Origin: Gnetum montanum
Lineage: Eukaryota; Plantae; Gnetophyta
Reading direction: 5' to 3'
Assembly (NCBI GenBank): GCA_015680685.1
Contig: MNCI01000967.1
Location: 294,458 to 358,457 of the forward strand
Length of the DNA stretch: 64,000 nt
In this document: one piece after another, positions 12,101 to 23,680 of the stretch
How positions within the stretch are numbered: position 1 is the stretch's first letter
How the letters are laid out: each line of letters begins with the position of its first letter
Notes under the pieces: generated by a model
Databases searched by the model: none
Seen by the model: the letters and a program-made list of their open reading frames with translations, nothing else
Told to the model about the DNA's origin: nothing
Made by a program: the position numbers and the translations under genes

Positions 12101-13275
12101 CACCAAACACAGACAGCAATGGTGAACCATCCAAAACACAAGAGTCGCATAACACGGCGGGTCCTAACGATAACGACAAACCACCAAAACGTGAAATAAA
12201 ACTGTTGGGCCCCATGGACCTAGTCACTGCTGATAAAAACGTCCCCAACAGTAGAGACTTTGCGACGACCCTGACACAAGTCACACAAGCCTTGAAACAA
12301 AAAAACATGTCCCTAAGCTTGTATGACTTAGTACTAACGTCACGGACTCATCGCGAAGCTCTAGTACGCATGCTAACATCAATCCCGATTAGTGAGGACT
12401 TGCCCCCAAGCGAACTGGCCATTCATGCGGTGATGTACCCCTCTCACGAGGTTGGTCCTAAGCCCTTGAGCTTCCACAATGAGAACATCAAAGTGGACAA
12501 AAAGACAGGTGAGACAACAACAGTCCCCATGTTCATAACGATACATGTAAACCAATTCAAAATACGTAGGGTACATGTAGATGACGGGGCAGCTACCAAT
12601 GTCGTACCCTATCCCATCATCGAACAATTGGGACTTACCGACTCGATCAAACCCACCACAACGACATGTCTAAAGTCATTCAGCGGGTTACGTGTACTGG
12701 TCAAAGGCACGATAACCTTAGACTTCGTAGCAGGAGATCAGTTCCCCACATCCGCTGATTTTCTTGTTGTCGATGAAATGCCAGGCTTCAACCTAATATT
12801 AGGAAGACCATGGCTGGCCCAACTCAGAGCCGTTTCCTCTCCTATACATCAGGAGATTCACCTACCCTATGAGGGTGGTGAAATCGTCATACATGGGGAA
12901 GTGGTTACTCCCATTATTTTGTCTCACACGGACAGCGAACAGGGCTCCGAAGTTGAACTCGACAAACCTAGTCAAAAGGACCCAAACAAAAGGCAACTGG
13001 TGGGTAGTAAATCTTCAAACACGGGACAAGAGCCTGAAACCGAAAAACCTACATCTAACATTGTACCCCCACCGCCCCACGACGAAACTAACACAGAAAC
13101 AATGACTGATATCGAAACGCCCGAAAATACCAAGACTGAAAACATTCAAACAGACATCTCCTGGACTGAATTTCCATTCAACGTGATCAACGAGGGAGAC
13201 GGGGAATACAAAATCGTGCCAGTCAATACACCCCCTGACATAAAAATCAGGAAAATCAAAAAACAACTAAAATGA
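9163..13275 (+). pseudogene. gag: gag-protease polyprotein (~1370 codons, three in-frame TAG at 9403, 10093, 10171)
   Basis: ORFs at 9163, 9412 and 10210 share one frame; retrotransposon gag core (KYNRETDPNAHL..FPMSLVGRALDWY..FVTRF), YDYHQRNGHGTDYC Zn finger, protease RVHVDDGAATNVV..FNLILGRPWL. Confidence 0.9.
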
Positions 13276-13283
13276 ACCCCTCC

Positions 13284-13570
13284 GTCCGCAACGACGTTAA
13301 ACTATAACTAGTCCGAAATGACATTAAACTACGATAAAACCCAAAAATACAAAGAAACAATGATAAACAGCAAAAACAAAAAAAATTATTACAACACTCC
13401 CTGTTCGAAAAGACGTTAAACTATCATGTACGCAACGACATAAAACTACCCACAATCAACGGTCAGTCCACTACGAAACATCCACTTTCCCTAAAAATCA
13501 CTTGCTTACAATGGGGCCTGAAATGGCCTTAAACTACGCATCGGGGCCCGAAATGACCTCACACTAGCGC
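13284..13570 (+). other. Cluster 1 of hairpin+TAAAC (putative pseudoknot) motifs, begins 9 nt after gag-PR stop
   Basis: gtc-cgcaac-gac-gttaaac, gtc-cgaaat-gac-attaaac, ggcc-tgaaat-ggcc-ttaaac etc.; second helix only partly preserved here. Confidence 0.6.
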
Positions 13571-13814
13571 GTATCTTGTTTTCCTTTTACACACCATTTA
13601 TCTTCAATGTGTCATCTTTAAAACAGAAAAGCAAACCCAAAAACATTTTAATATCGTATCGTATGTACAAGCAACTTAAAATCAACAAAAAGTATTTATT
13701 TATGCAATGTTGTACAAATAATGGCTGTTTTTCTCAGCATTTTTCAGTTACAATGCCCGTGTCAACTGAATCAGCAAAAACCACTACAAATAAAAGAACA
13801 AAACTACAAAGGCA

Positions 13815-16800
13815 CTAAGCGTCCGTGACAGGAGGATCATCTCCCTCAGCACCACCAGCGTCAGGAGCTCCCGCTCCACTAGAGCCAGCCTCGTGTGTAT
13901 CATCACCACCTTCATGCTGAAAACACCAAAAATCAACAACCAACATAAAAATGAGCAGATGTTAAAACTTTAAATCTTATCCAATAACTTAACTTCGTAA
14001 AGGAAAAACGCTTACCATAGGGGATCCCCCTAAGCCAAACTCTAGCCGACGAAGGATCTCCTCCTCTGGGACGCTGGCCCAATCTGTCCCATCCAGGCCT
14101 AGGTCAATGTTTGCCAAAGCCTTGCCTTTGTCGACCGCTGACCAGGTAGGACATTTCAGAGGAAATTCACCTACCAATACTTCCCCAGAAGTAGTTGTGA
14201 TGACCCTCTTAGGCGATTCCATTTCTACAATAGTGTTTTGAGCAAAGGTATCAAAGGTGGAATGCAAACCCAAACCTTCCACAAACATCTCTAGTTGCCG
14301 CTTTTCAATGGATACTTCTTTTAGCGACTTCTTGTACTGATGTTTATGGTTCTTCTCATCCTGACCCCACTTGCGAACCTTGGAAGCAAAAGCCTTCCAA
14401 TCTTGACACTTGAGGTTCAGGAGATCAACTTGGGCTTTGCATTCCACTATTCTCCGAGTCAGTGAGGCATGATGGTTCAAAAGGTTCCAATACCTAGTGT
14501 ATGTAATCTCTGATGTTTGCCAAGAATGATCGCCACTCAGTCTAGCAGCGGCGAACTCATATCGAGCCTTTAAATCGTCACGCTCCTCTGATACTTCGGA
14601 GAGTGCCTTTTCCTTTGCTTGTACTTGTAACCACAATTGTTCAATAGAATGCTTACAAGTCCACAACGACTTGGCATTGTGCGCAAGACTGTCTCCAATG
14701 CCTTCATAAAGAGGCCTCGGCACCTGTTCCACTTCTGGGGAGAGTGCAGTCAGGCTTTCCATGCTGATGCCCTCAGAGGGATCCCATGTTAGTTTGGCAC
14801 CTACCCACGTAGAAAATACGAACGTTAGAACTGTACAAGTAAGATAGGAAGCCCCTAATCATTAAACGAGCCATACCTATATCAGGGTGGACTTCTTGGA
14901 GATGCTCAATAACTTCTTCCGTTATTCCATCCACAAAATCCGACTTACTTGGCATCTCTGACCAAATAAGTGGTTGACGCGTACGGGAAGAACTAACCTC
15001 AGCGGTTCCTTCAGGGGGAACCGTCTTCATGGGAACATCCAAACCGTACCATCCTGGTATCGCTGCCTTCATCTAAGCCAAAAACACGAAAATAAATAAA
15101 TAAGAAAAAGAAAGTAGGAGCCACAATTAATATAATAAAAAGCAACTAAGAGCGAAAACATACCCTGATCTTTGTCGCCTTCTAGGGGATCACCCAAGTC
15201 CAAGTTACCCTTGAGGAAGCTACTGAACATTTGGTTGATAGCGTCCTGGTTGTCTAAAGGTGTAGTTTCAATAGTCTTCTCCGTTAATGGCTCCGTTCCC
15301 CCGCCTTGGCTCTTCTCCGGGCTTTCCTCCTCATGGTTCTTCTCTATGCGCGTATCCTCCTCCTCTCTGATGGTCTCTAAAGCCTGCTTCCTCACTTCAT
15401 CAAATCAAAAACAACAACGTAAGAAATTGAAGCAAGCGTTACACATAAACGAAAACGATAGAATGATAAGTAGATGGGCTTCATTCACCTGGTATCTTGA
15501 AGCGTATTTTCTTTACGCGTGGCTGGTTTATCTCGATGACTTGTTCTATGGGGCATTCAAGTCTCTTCAATTTCGACTTGGCTTTGCCAACAGTTTCCTT
15601 GATTACCTGCTCTGCCCGTCTGACAGTCAAAGGTACATCCGCTGGCTCCATCCCCAGACTGTCCTGCATATGGATGGAACTGCCGGATGATCCCCTTGTA
15701 GTAACAGACACGGACTCATCAATACCTTCCGGGGCATCCTGCGATTTGGCAGTCGCGTACAAGTGTTTGACCCACGGATGGGATAGTTGACCCCGATCTC
15801 GTAGGACAAACTTATTGTCCGCACGCACCACAAGGAACTCGGAGAAAAGGCGAAGATAGCCGGAGAAGAAGGTAAAAGTGAAGTGCGATTGTGCTTCGAT
15901 ATTCATGCACAACCGCACAATCTCCTTATGCATGCTTGCCAACAAAAAATGAGCCCAATTGTACCACATCCCAGTTTCCAAAATCGTCCGCATGATGCGT
16001 ACTGCCTCCACCCCAAAACTCCGCACCTGAGAAAGAGTTTTGGGAAACACCCGTGCTCGAAACAGGGGATGCAGTTTGTTTACCTCAACAACCTTTGCCT
16101 TCCCCTGCATTGAGAACCCCTTGGTGCCTTTCGTCACACCAAGCCAAGACTCCAGTTCACAGATCGTTTGTAGCTCTTTGTGAGACCTGTCCAACACTAT
16201 GGGTAGGCCATCTGTCGGCATGCCGAATAAGTTAGAAAAGAATATAGGCGATAGATGGAACACCACCTTGACACCCTTAATCCGGGTGCTGTACTGAGAG
16301 ACAGACTCATTGAAAGAGTCCACGATCCCTATCATTTCCCCAATTGAGACATTAGGGCTTGGCGTCATGAAAAGCTCTAGGAGGCCTACATCATCCAGGA
16401 AACGAGTGAGGGACGGCGGGGCCTTCCTACGTAATCACTTCTGCGCCTTCTCTACTCCCCCGAACTTCATCGACAAAGTCGTCTCTGTTCGTCCAGTTGT
16501 CACAAGGTCCCCACCCGAAGGTTCATCAACTGTTAAAACAAGTTAAAACAATCACATCGGTCTCACCCCAAATAGTCGAACGAAGCCACTAACGCATACA
16601 ATAAATGCCACTACTCACCGTTAGTGGCAGATTTCGAGGTACTGCCAAAATTATGAGGGAAGACTGGTCCCTCATCTCTCCAGTCCTCGTGCAGCCATCC
16701 ACGGGCTTTGCACATCGCAAAGGCTCTAGAAAATTGCTCATGGAAGCGGACCATAGAACCCTTTGTCTGAGCCAGTACGGCCCCACAGAGAGTGGGAGCC

Positions 16801-18138
16801 ATCATAAAAGCCTCTAGAGCTATGCGAGTGAGGGCTATCCCTTCGTCCTCAATCAGAGTCCCATCTGGGTTAGTCTTTGGCCTGCAAATAAACGCATGTT
16901 AAAACCAAAAATTAACATCAAACGACGACCGATGAAGTAAGAAAGTCAACTAGTCTTACCTGGTTATTCTGTACACAGTGCCAGGAGGATTCTGAAACAG
17001 GGTGTGCGCGCGGGCAGCTATAAACAAAGTGTTGTTAATATAATCCAACCCTGGTGGCAACAACTCCCACACACGCGTTAATGGACGTGTTGATTTGGGC
17101 CTATGAGTACTACCATCTTCATCAACAAACGGGCCCTCGTTAATGTCTTCCATGAAGACCACAATGCCCTCTGCGGCTCCCGGCAGTAACGCATCAACTA
17201 CACTACGCGCAGTCACCTCATCAAAAAATGACCACACAACCACCTCGAAGTTGGTTAATAGGAAGGCCAGAAATTCGCCAACGCCTTCCCTGAACCAGAC
17301 TCCCTTATTATCCACAATTAGAGCTGGAGGAAGATCGCCATCCTGAACGGGTCCAGCCCACGTCAGAACCCCGACAAGCTCAACCACTATGAGGAAACAT
17401 TTGCTATCCCTGCAACTAATTGCAATGAAATGAAAGTTTACATCACAGCAAAAAAATCAAAAAATAAACCAACTGTTCACGCCCAGCATATACGCTATGC
17501 CCAGAGCGTATACGCCCGTGACGCACGCTCTAGCGTATGTTGTACGAAGCGTGTACGCCGAAAAAAATAACACGATTCGAACGTAGCGTATACGTTGAAC
17601 TCAGCGTATACGCCGGGCGAACAAAGACGCAACTTAAACCCAGCGTATACGCTAAAAAACTCAGCGTCTACGCTGACGCCCGACCCCCCCACGCACAGCG
17701 TATACGCTGGTGAAACCCTCAACGTATATGCCTGAATCCACCGACAGCGTCAACAAACTACGCCAAAAAGTAATTAGCATGCTAGAGCGACGCGCACAGC
17801 GTATATGCTGAACAAACCCTCAGCACATACGCCATCGCGCAACACGATTTACGCCAAGAAAATATGCCGAATAACAGGTCAAAACGAATGACAGTTTACG
17901 CTGCGCAGTGACGCAGGCGTGCACGCCAAAGAAACCCTCAAACCCTCTACGCTCGATTGTCTACGCCAAAAGAACCAAAACAATAACAGACAGAGATCAA
18001 GGCTTACCCGTAGGGCGTCACGGGCCACTCCGACATCTTCGGCCTAGGTAGGCCCTGCAGCATCACCTCCGTCTCTTCGGTGAAGGTTAGATCAGAACCC
18101 TTCTTCCCCTGGCCTTCCACTTCCTTGCCCTTGCCCAT
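13815..18138 (-). CDS. 8-exon antisense gene: FCP1/NIF-like degenerate HAD phosphatase domain + plant-transposon-protein-like domain + coiled coil (~1062 aa, one premature TGA at 16437-16435)
   Basis: Exons 18138-18008, 17409-16960, 16881-16619, 16529-15489, 15394-15164, 15062-14877, 14800-14016, 13916-13815; all introns GT-AG with matching phases (acceptors of exons 5 and 6 less certain); total 3189 nt; TATA 18333-18340; AATAAA at 13700-13695. Confidence 0.8.
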
Positions 18139-18332
18139 CGCAAAGTGTTCATGCTGATTGTCGAAGTGCACGCTGAGCGACTGTCTTCGGGTTTGGCGTC
18201 TACGCTGGGTTGTCTAGAGTCTACGCTCTGGTCTCTTGGCGTCTACGCTTGGGAAGTTTACGCTTACGCTTACATAGGTCGTACCTTATGCTGTTGCTGT
18301 TGAAAATAGGAAACAAATGGACCCCTAATCCC

Positions 18333-18340
18333 TTATATAA
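18333..18340. promoter_or_regulatory. Palindromic TATA box (TTATATAA), candidate promoter for the antisense gene, possibly bidirectional
   Basis: ~195 nt upstream of the antisense ATG and ~350 nt upstream of the first ATG in the RT frame. Confidence 0.5.
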
Positions 18341-18543
18341 CGTTAGCTGACGCTGACGCTGACGCCGACGCTGCAGCCGCTTACGCCGCCATCGCTCCGT
18401 TTTTGCCGTTTGGCCTCTATTTTCCTCTCTTTTGTGCCAAAATCTAATAAAAAATTATTAAATTATTTTAAAAAAAAATTTAGAGACAGTATTACGTCCT
18501 GGTTCCTCCAAGGACCCCGTTTTACACGTTCGCTTAAACCAAT

Positions 18544-18653
18544 GGCCCGGTATGGCCTTAAACTACCATTCTCCCCATCCTTGCCTGGCCTGGTATGGCC
18601 TTAAATTGCCATTCCCTCACCCACTAGTGGCCCGGTAAGGCCTTAAACTGCCA
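18544..18653 (+). other. Cluster 2 of putative pseudoknot motifs, immediately before the RT reading frame
   Basis: ggcc-cggtat-ggcc-ttaaac-tacc; ggcc-tggtat-ggcc-ttaaat-tgcca; ggcc-cggtaa-ggcc-ttaaac-tgcc; loop pairs with tail in each. Confidence 0.7.
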
Positions 18654-18663
18654 TGCGTCTAGG

Positions 18664-21600
18664 TGCGATGATAATCCACCATGATACATGTATACACACC
18701 TTAAATTTCTGAAAGACCCAGAACGATTCCTTCTTGCTCACGCAACTCTCGGTTTATTGGCAGGGATGAGCTCAATGGACTGCCAGCACTTAACCGCACC
18801 GTTAACCATCGACAGGCCATATGGCACCATTACACGATATTTTGACATAAACTTCATCAACCCAAGTCCACTAATGGACGACACGGTCATAGCCTCAACA
18901 TAGCAAACAACAGACAATTACCAAGGCATGACAAAGTTTCTTGACATAGAAGCTGAAAACATCACTGAAGACATGTTAGCTGAGACCCCCATTACTATGC
19001 CTGATGGGGAAATTAAAATATTAAAATTAAGCATGCTATTACAACCACGCATGGCTCGAGACATTCAGAATGTGCTTAGGGAAAACATGAAAGCATTCGC
19101 TTGGTCTTATACGGACATGCCCGGGCTAGATCCTAGGATTATCCAACACAACATCATTCTTGACCCAAAGCTAAGGTCGATAAAACAAAAAGCACGAAAA
19201 GTTAGACCTGAAGTGGCGTTGGCAGTTCGCAATGAGATCATTAAGCTTTATCAGGTTGGTTTCATTTGGGCTGTTGATTATGCCGAGTGGGTGTCAAACA
19301 TGGTCATCGTCCCAAAGAAAAACGGAAGCATTCGCTTATGCATCGACTTCCGTGACTTAAACGTAGCAACCATAAAAGATGACTTTCCCCTGCCCAGCAT
19401 CGATCAACTCATTGATTCGACTACCGAACATGCCTTGTTGTCGTTTATGGATGGCTTTTTGGGGTATAACCAAATACGCATCAACCCTGAACACCAACTT
19501 CGGACCACCGTCATGACACCATGGGGAACCTTTTGCTACACTATGATACCGTTCGGTCTCAAAAATGCTGGGGCCACGTATCAAAGAGCCATGACATTTA
19601 TCTTTAGTGATTATATGTTACGATCACTCAATGATTATGTGGATGACATAGTAGTCAAGTCAAAGACAACCGAACAGCATGTACAAGACCTCGACCTATT
19701 CTTAAAACATTGTTTAAAATATGAACTAAGACTTAACCCCAAAAAATGCGTCTTCGGCGTCAAAACAGGTAAGATGCTTGGATTCATAGCCTCTGAAGAA
19801 GGGATACGAGTAGACCCCGACAAGGTCAAGGCCATTACCAATTTGAAACCACCCAGTAACCTTACCGAACTTCAAGGTTTACAAGGTAGGTTGCAATTCA
19901 TCAGGCGTTTCGTAGAAAAATTAACCTACAAACTAACACATATGAACCACCTGTTGCGTAAAAATGTCCATTTTGAATGGACTCCATAGTGCCAGGAAGC
20001 CTTCGAAAATATCAAGATAGCACTCGCCCGACTGCCTACGGTTTACCTGCCCCAAAATAACAAACCGTTTTACATCTATCTTGCCACTTCAGAGTCATCC
20101 ATCGCGTCCATGCTCTGCCAGAAACGAGATGACGGAACTGAAGTCCCTGTATACTATTTGAGCCATGCCTTAGTTGCCCATGAAAATAAGTACAGCGACG
20201 TGGAAAGGTCATGCTTAGCTTTAGTCTTTTCTCTAAGAAAATGGCGACATTACGTCTTCCGTAATCAAGTTCACATAATCTGTAAGGACAATGTACTGCG
20301 AGCCATAACAGGAAACATTTACGAAATGAGTCGAATAGCCCAATGGAAAGCCATGATAGCCGAGTTTGACCTGTACTACGTAACACAATCATCGATCAAA
20401 GGTCAAGCCATAGCAAATCAAATGGCCGCATCGCCAACGCATGACCAAGCAACCATAGAGCCTGAATTCCCAGATGAAAGTATAAGCACAGTAGACATGG
20501 TGCCTAATGACTACGATGCCATTTTAAACTTCGATGGAGCATCCACCTCTCGGGGAGGAAGCGCTGCCGCCATCATCACTTATCCCTCTGGGGAGATCCG
20601 ACCCTTTGCCTATCACTTCAATTTTCACTGTACTAACAACATAGCAGAGTACGAAGGTCTCCTTAGAGGACTCACAGCAACACTGGCTTCAGACATCACA
20701 CGCCTGGTAGTCAGAGGGGATTCACAATTGGTGGTAAACCAAGTCACGGATGTCTACACGTGTAAAGCTCAACATTTGCAACCATACTATGACTTGGCGA
20801 AACATTTAATGAAACGATTCGAAAACATTGATGTGCAACACGTTTCTCGAAATGATAACACCATCGCAGATGCATTAGCCACATTAGCGCTAAACATATC
20901 ACCTGACATGTTCCAGGTCTTACCAAGCTCTGTAACCAATTGTGCTAAACCAATAATCGATACTCCCAACATGTAGTGGAATGGTATGATGACCTAAAAG
21001 AGTACCTTCTACGTGGGGAAGCACCATGCCACCTAACAAACGCTCAGAAAGACGCAGTGCAAAAACGTTCTAGGTAGTACACCTTGGTAGGGGACACACT
21101 ATGTCGTAGATCCTACGAAGGCATATTGCTAACATGTGTAAGTAGTGACGATGCCCAAACGATTGTTGATCAAGTACATGAGGGACTATGTGGAGGACAC
21201 ATAGCACCAAAAGCCATGGCCACAAAAATAAGACGCTTAGGCTATTATTGGCCACACATGGAATACGACTGCTCCTCCAAAGTCAAAACATGTAACATTT
21301 GTCAAAAACATAGTAACTTAATACATGTGCCACCAACTGCATTGCACACAGCACAGATCACATAGCCTTTTCAGGAGTGGGGATTGGACCTCATTGGCCC
21401 GATAACACCCTCATCTTCTGCAGGGCATAGTTTCATCATAACCGCGACAAAATACTTTACGAAGTGGGTAGAAGCAGCTCCCCTTCGAAAGACAACTTCT
21501 AAACACGTGTGCAAATTTATCCTAGAAAACATTGTAACCCGTTTTGGCATTCCCATGACAATCATCACCGACAATGGGCCATAATTTAGTAGCGTCGAAA

Positions 21601-22218
21601 CAAAAACCTTTTGCAACAGTCTGGGGATTAAGCATTCGTTTTCTTCCCCTTACTATCCTCAAAGCAACGGGCAAGCAGAAGCAACGAACAAGACAATCAT
21701 AACAATACTTAAGAAAATGCTAACCCAAAGCAAAAGGAAATGGCACGAGCAACTAAAATACGCACTATGGGCATATCGCACTACACACCGGGCGTCAACA
21801 GGTAAAACTCCGTACAGTCTTGTTTATGGTTCAGAAGCTGTTTTACCTCTGGAATTACAGGTACCATCGCTAAGGATCACACTCTCCGGACTCCTCAATG
21901 ACGAGCAAAACAACGAGCTAAGGCTCATTGACCTCGACTCGGTTGAAGAAGAACGTGCACGCGCGCTCGATCAGATCGACTGGTACCAAAAGCAACAACG
22001 ACAGTGGCATCGACATGACATTAACAAGCGCCCAATCCGCAAAGGTGACCTCGTACTCAAAGCTGCTTGGGAACACCCGGACAAATTCTCACCCAACTGG
22101 GAAGGGCCTTACATGGTCATCGGCATTCGATAATGGCGCATTCAAGTTAGCTGACATCGAAGGGAATGAACTCGCTAATCCGACAAATCATTTGTACCTA
22201 AAATCGTTCTATGTCTGA
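18664..22218 (+). pseudogene. pol: pol: RT-RNase H-aRH-integrase, several stops and two frameshifts
   Basis: RLCIDFRDLN, MDGFLGYNQI, PFGLKNAGATYQR, YVDD; RH; aRH LNFDGAS..TNNIAEYEGL..RGDSQLVVNQV..NTIADALA; INT HHCC, DLIG/TDNG/GQAE, NWEGPY. Confidence 0.95.
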
Positions 22219-22240
22219 ACACAAGCTCAGGTACGTGCAA

Positions 22241-22651
22241 GTCCTGGAATTACGACTATAAACTAATACCACAGAGAAGTCCTGGAATTACGACTATAAA
22301 CAGATACCATAGCAAGTCCTGGAATTACGACTATAAACTGATACCATAGAGAAGTCCTAGAATTACGACTATAAACTGATACCATAGCTCGTCCTGGATT
22401 ATGACTTAAAACTAATACCACAGTGTTCGCAATGAAAATAAACTACCATCCATTCGGCATGATAGTAAACTATCGCCGTCACAACCACCAGAGTCCGCCA
22501 AGACTATAAACTAGCTTGCCTCTTCATAGTCCGCTAAGACTAAAAAAAAAAACTGGCAATGTACCATCCGCCACGACACTAAACAGGCAATGTCCAATGG
22601 GTTATGACATAAAACCAACCCATAATAGTCTGCCAAGACTATAAACTGGCA
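22241..22651 (+). other. Cluster 3 of putative pseudoknot motifs incl. five ~37-38 bp tandem units, just after INT stop
   Basis: gtc-ctggaattac-gac-tataaac-taatacca x5; gtc-caatgggttat-gac-ataaaac-caacccat; gtc-tgccaa-gac-tataaac-tggca. Confidence 0.75.
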
Positions 22652-23667
22652 AGTTCACATTCGGCACCTCACTCTGCCGCCATGCTCATTCATCGCTCGC
22701 CTCATTGCACCACTTGCTATCAGCTGCCATCCTCACTACTGCTTTCATCTGCATATAGTACCTGCCGCTCTCCAGCACCTCTATGCCATCGGCTGCCATG
22801 TAAGTCTAAGCCCGCTTATTCACTCATGGTTTTCTTGTCTCCTTGGGATTGTGTTTGCAGGGTGACACCCAGAAGTGTCGTACAAGAGTGCACTTCGTCA
22901 CGAGTAGCAAGGTAAGAAACTGTTTGCAGCATACATGGCAAGACTAAATCAAACCGTTCACCAATACGTCCCTGTTCACTAATGAGACTCCTCTATCCAT
23001 TCGCCAAAACACCTTATCCCGACATTCCCTTGACACACTCGGTACATTCTAAACGCTGTACTGCTTTAAAGTAGCCGCAACACGCCGTGCAGCACCTGCA
23101 CATGAGTAAAAAAGCAAAGCCAAGCCAAAAAAGAAGAAGAGAGACCTCTGACACTTCCCATACAAGCCCCAGGCGGGAAGGCAGTTGTCTCAAAACTAAG
23201 TACTCATGTCCAAAGCACTCAAACAATATCTAGTTGCATGGCTTTGGCTCCCCGCCAGCAGGTTCTCCTTGAACACTAAACATGGGCCCTGCTCTCCCAA
23301 AGAATGTAACACATCCTCCCGTGGCTTTGGCCTCACCAACCAGTCCTCTTGACAACTAACCAAGAGCCTTGTTCTGCCAAAGCACGCACATCGCATGCCT
23401 GTACTCCGAGTCTGCTATAACTATGGCTAAGGCACAGATCAGCATGCCACATACCAAAACATCCCCTGTCCACACACTTCCTTGGGCAGTCGTCAATCCC
23501 TATCCTCCCATCAACTACAAATTCCGCATTCCCGATCCCATGTACTACCGAACACGGTGCGATGACGTCTCGTCCAAGTAGCAGTGGATAACGTTTCTAT
23601 CGAGTCGCTTGTGGTGTTTTGCACTTCATTGTCGATCCCTCTCGGGTCGATTCCTCCAAGCGTCAAC

Positions 23668-23680
23668 AAAGAGGGGCCAA
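23668..23680 (+). promoter_or_regulatory. Polypurine tract
   Basis: aaagaggggccaa abutting LTR start tgaaacacca; same junction seen in relatives. Confidence 0.8.

Noticed and set aside
9615-13266. Minus-strand ORFs overlapping gag
   Set aside because: Shadow frames of a C-rich coding strand; no splice-consistent model or motifs
18544-18653. Motif as preQ1 riboswitch, pistol ribozyme or U12 branch site
   Set aside because: Only a superficial resemblance (hairpin + AAAC tail); the family-defining conserved residues and extra helices are not evident, and the motif also occurs far from acceptors
22241-22425. CRISPR-like ~38-bp repeats
   Set aside because: No unique spacers; better explained as tandem copies of the pseudoknot unit in the 3' UTR
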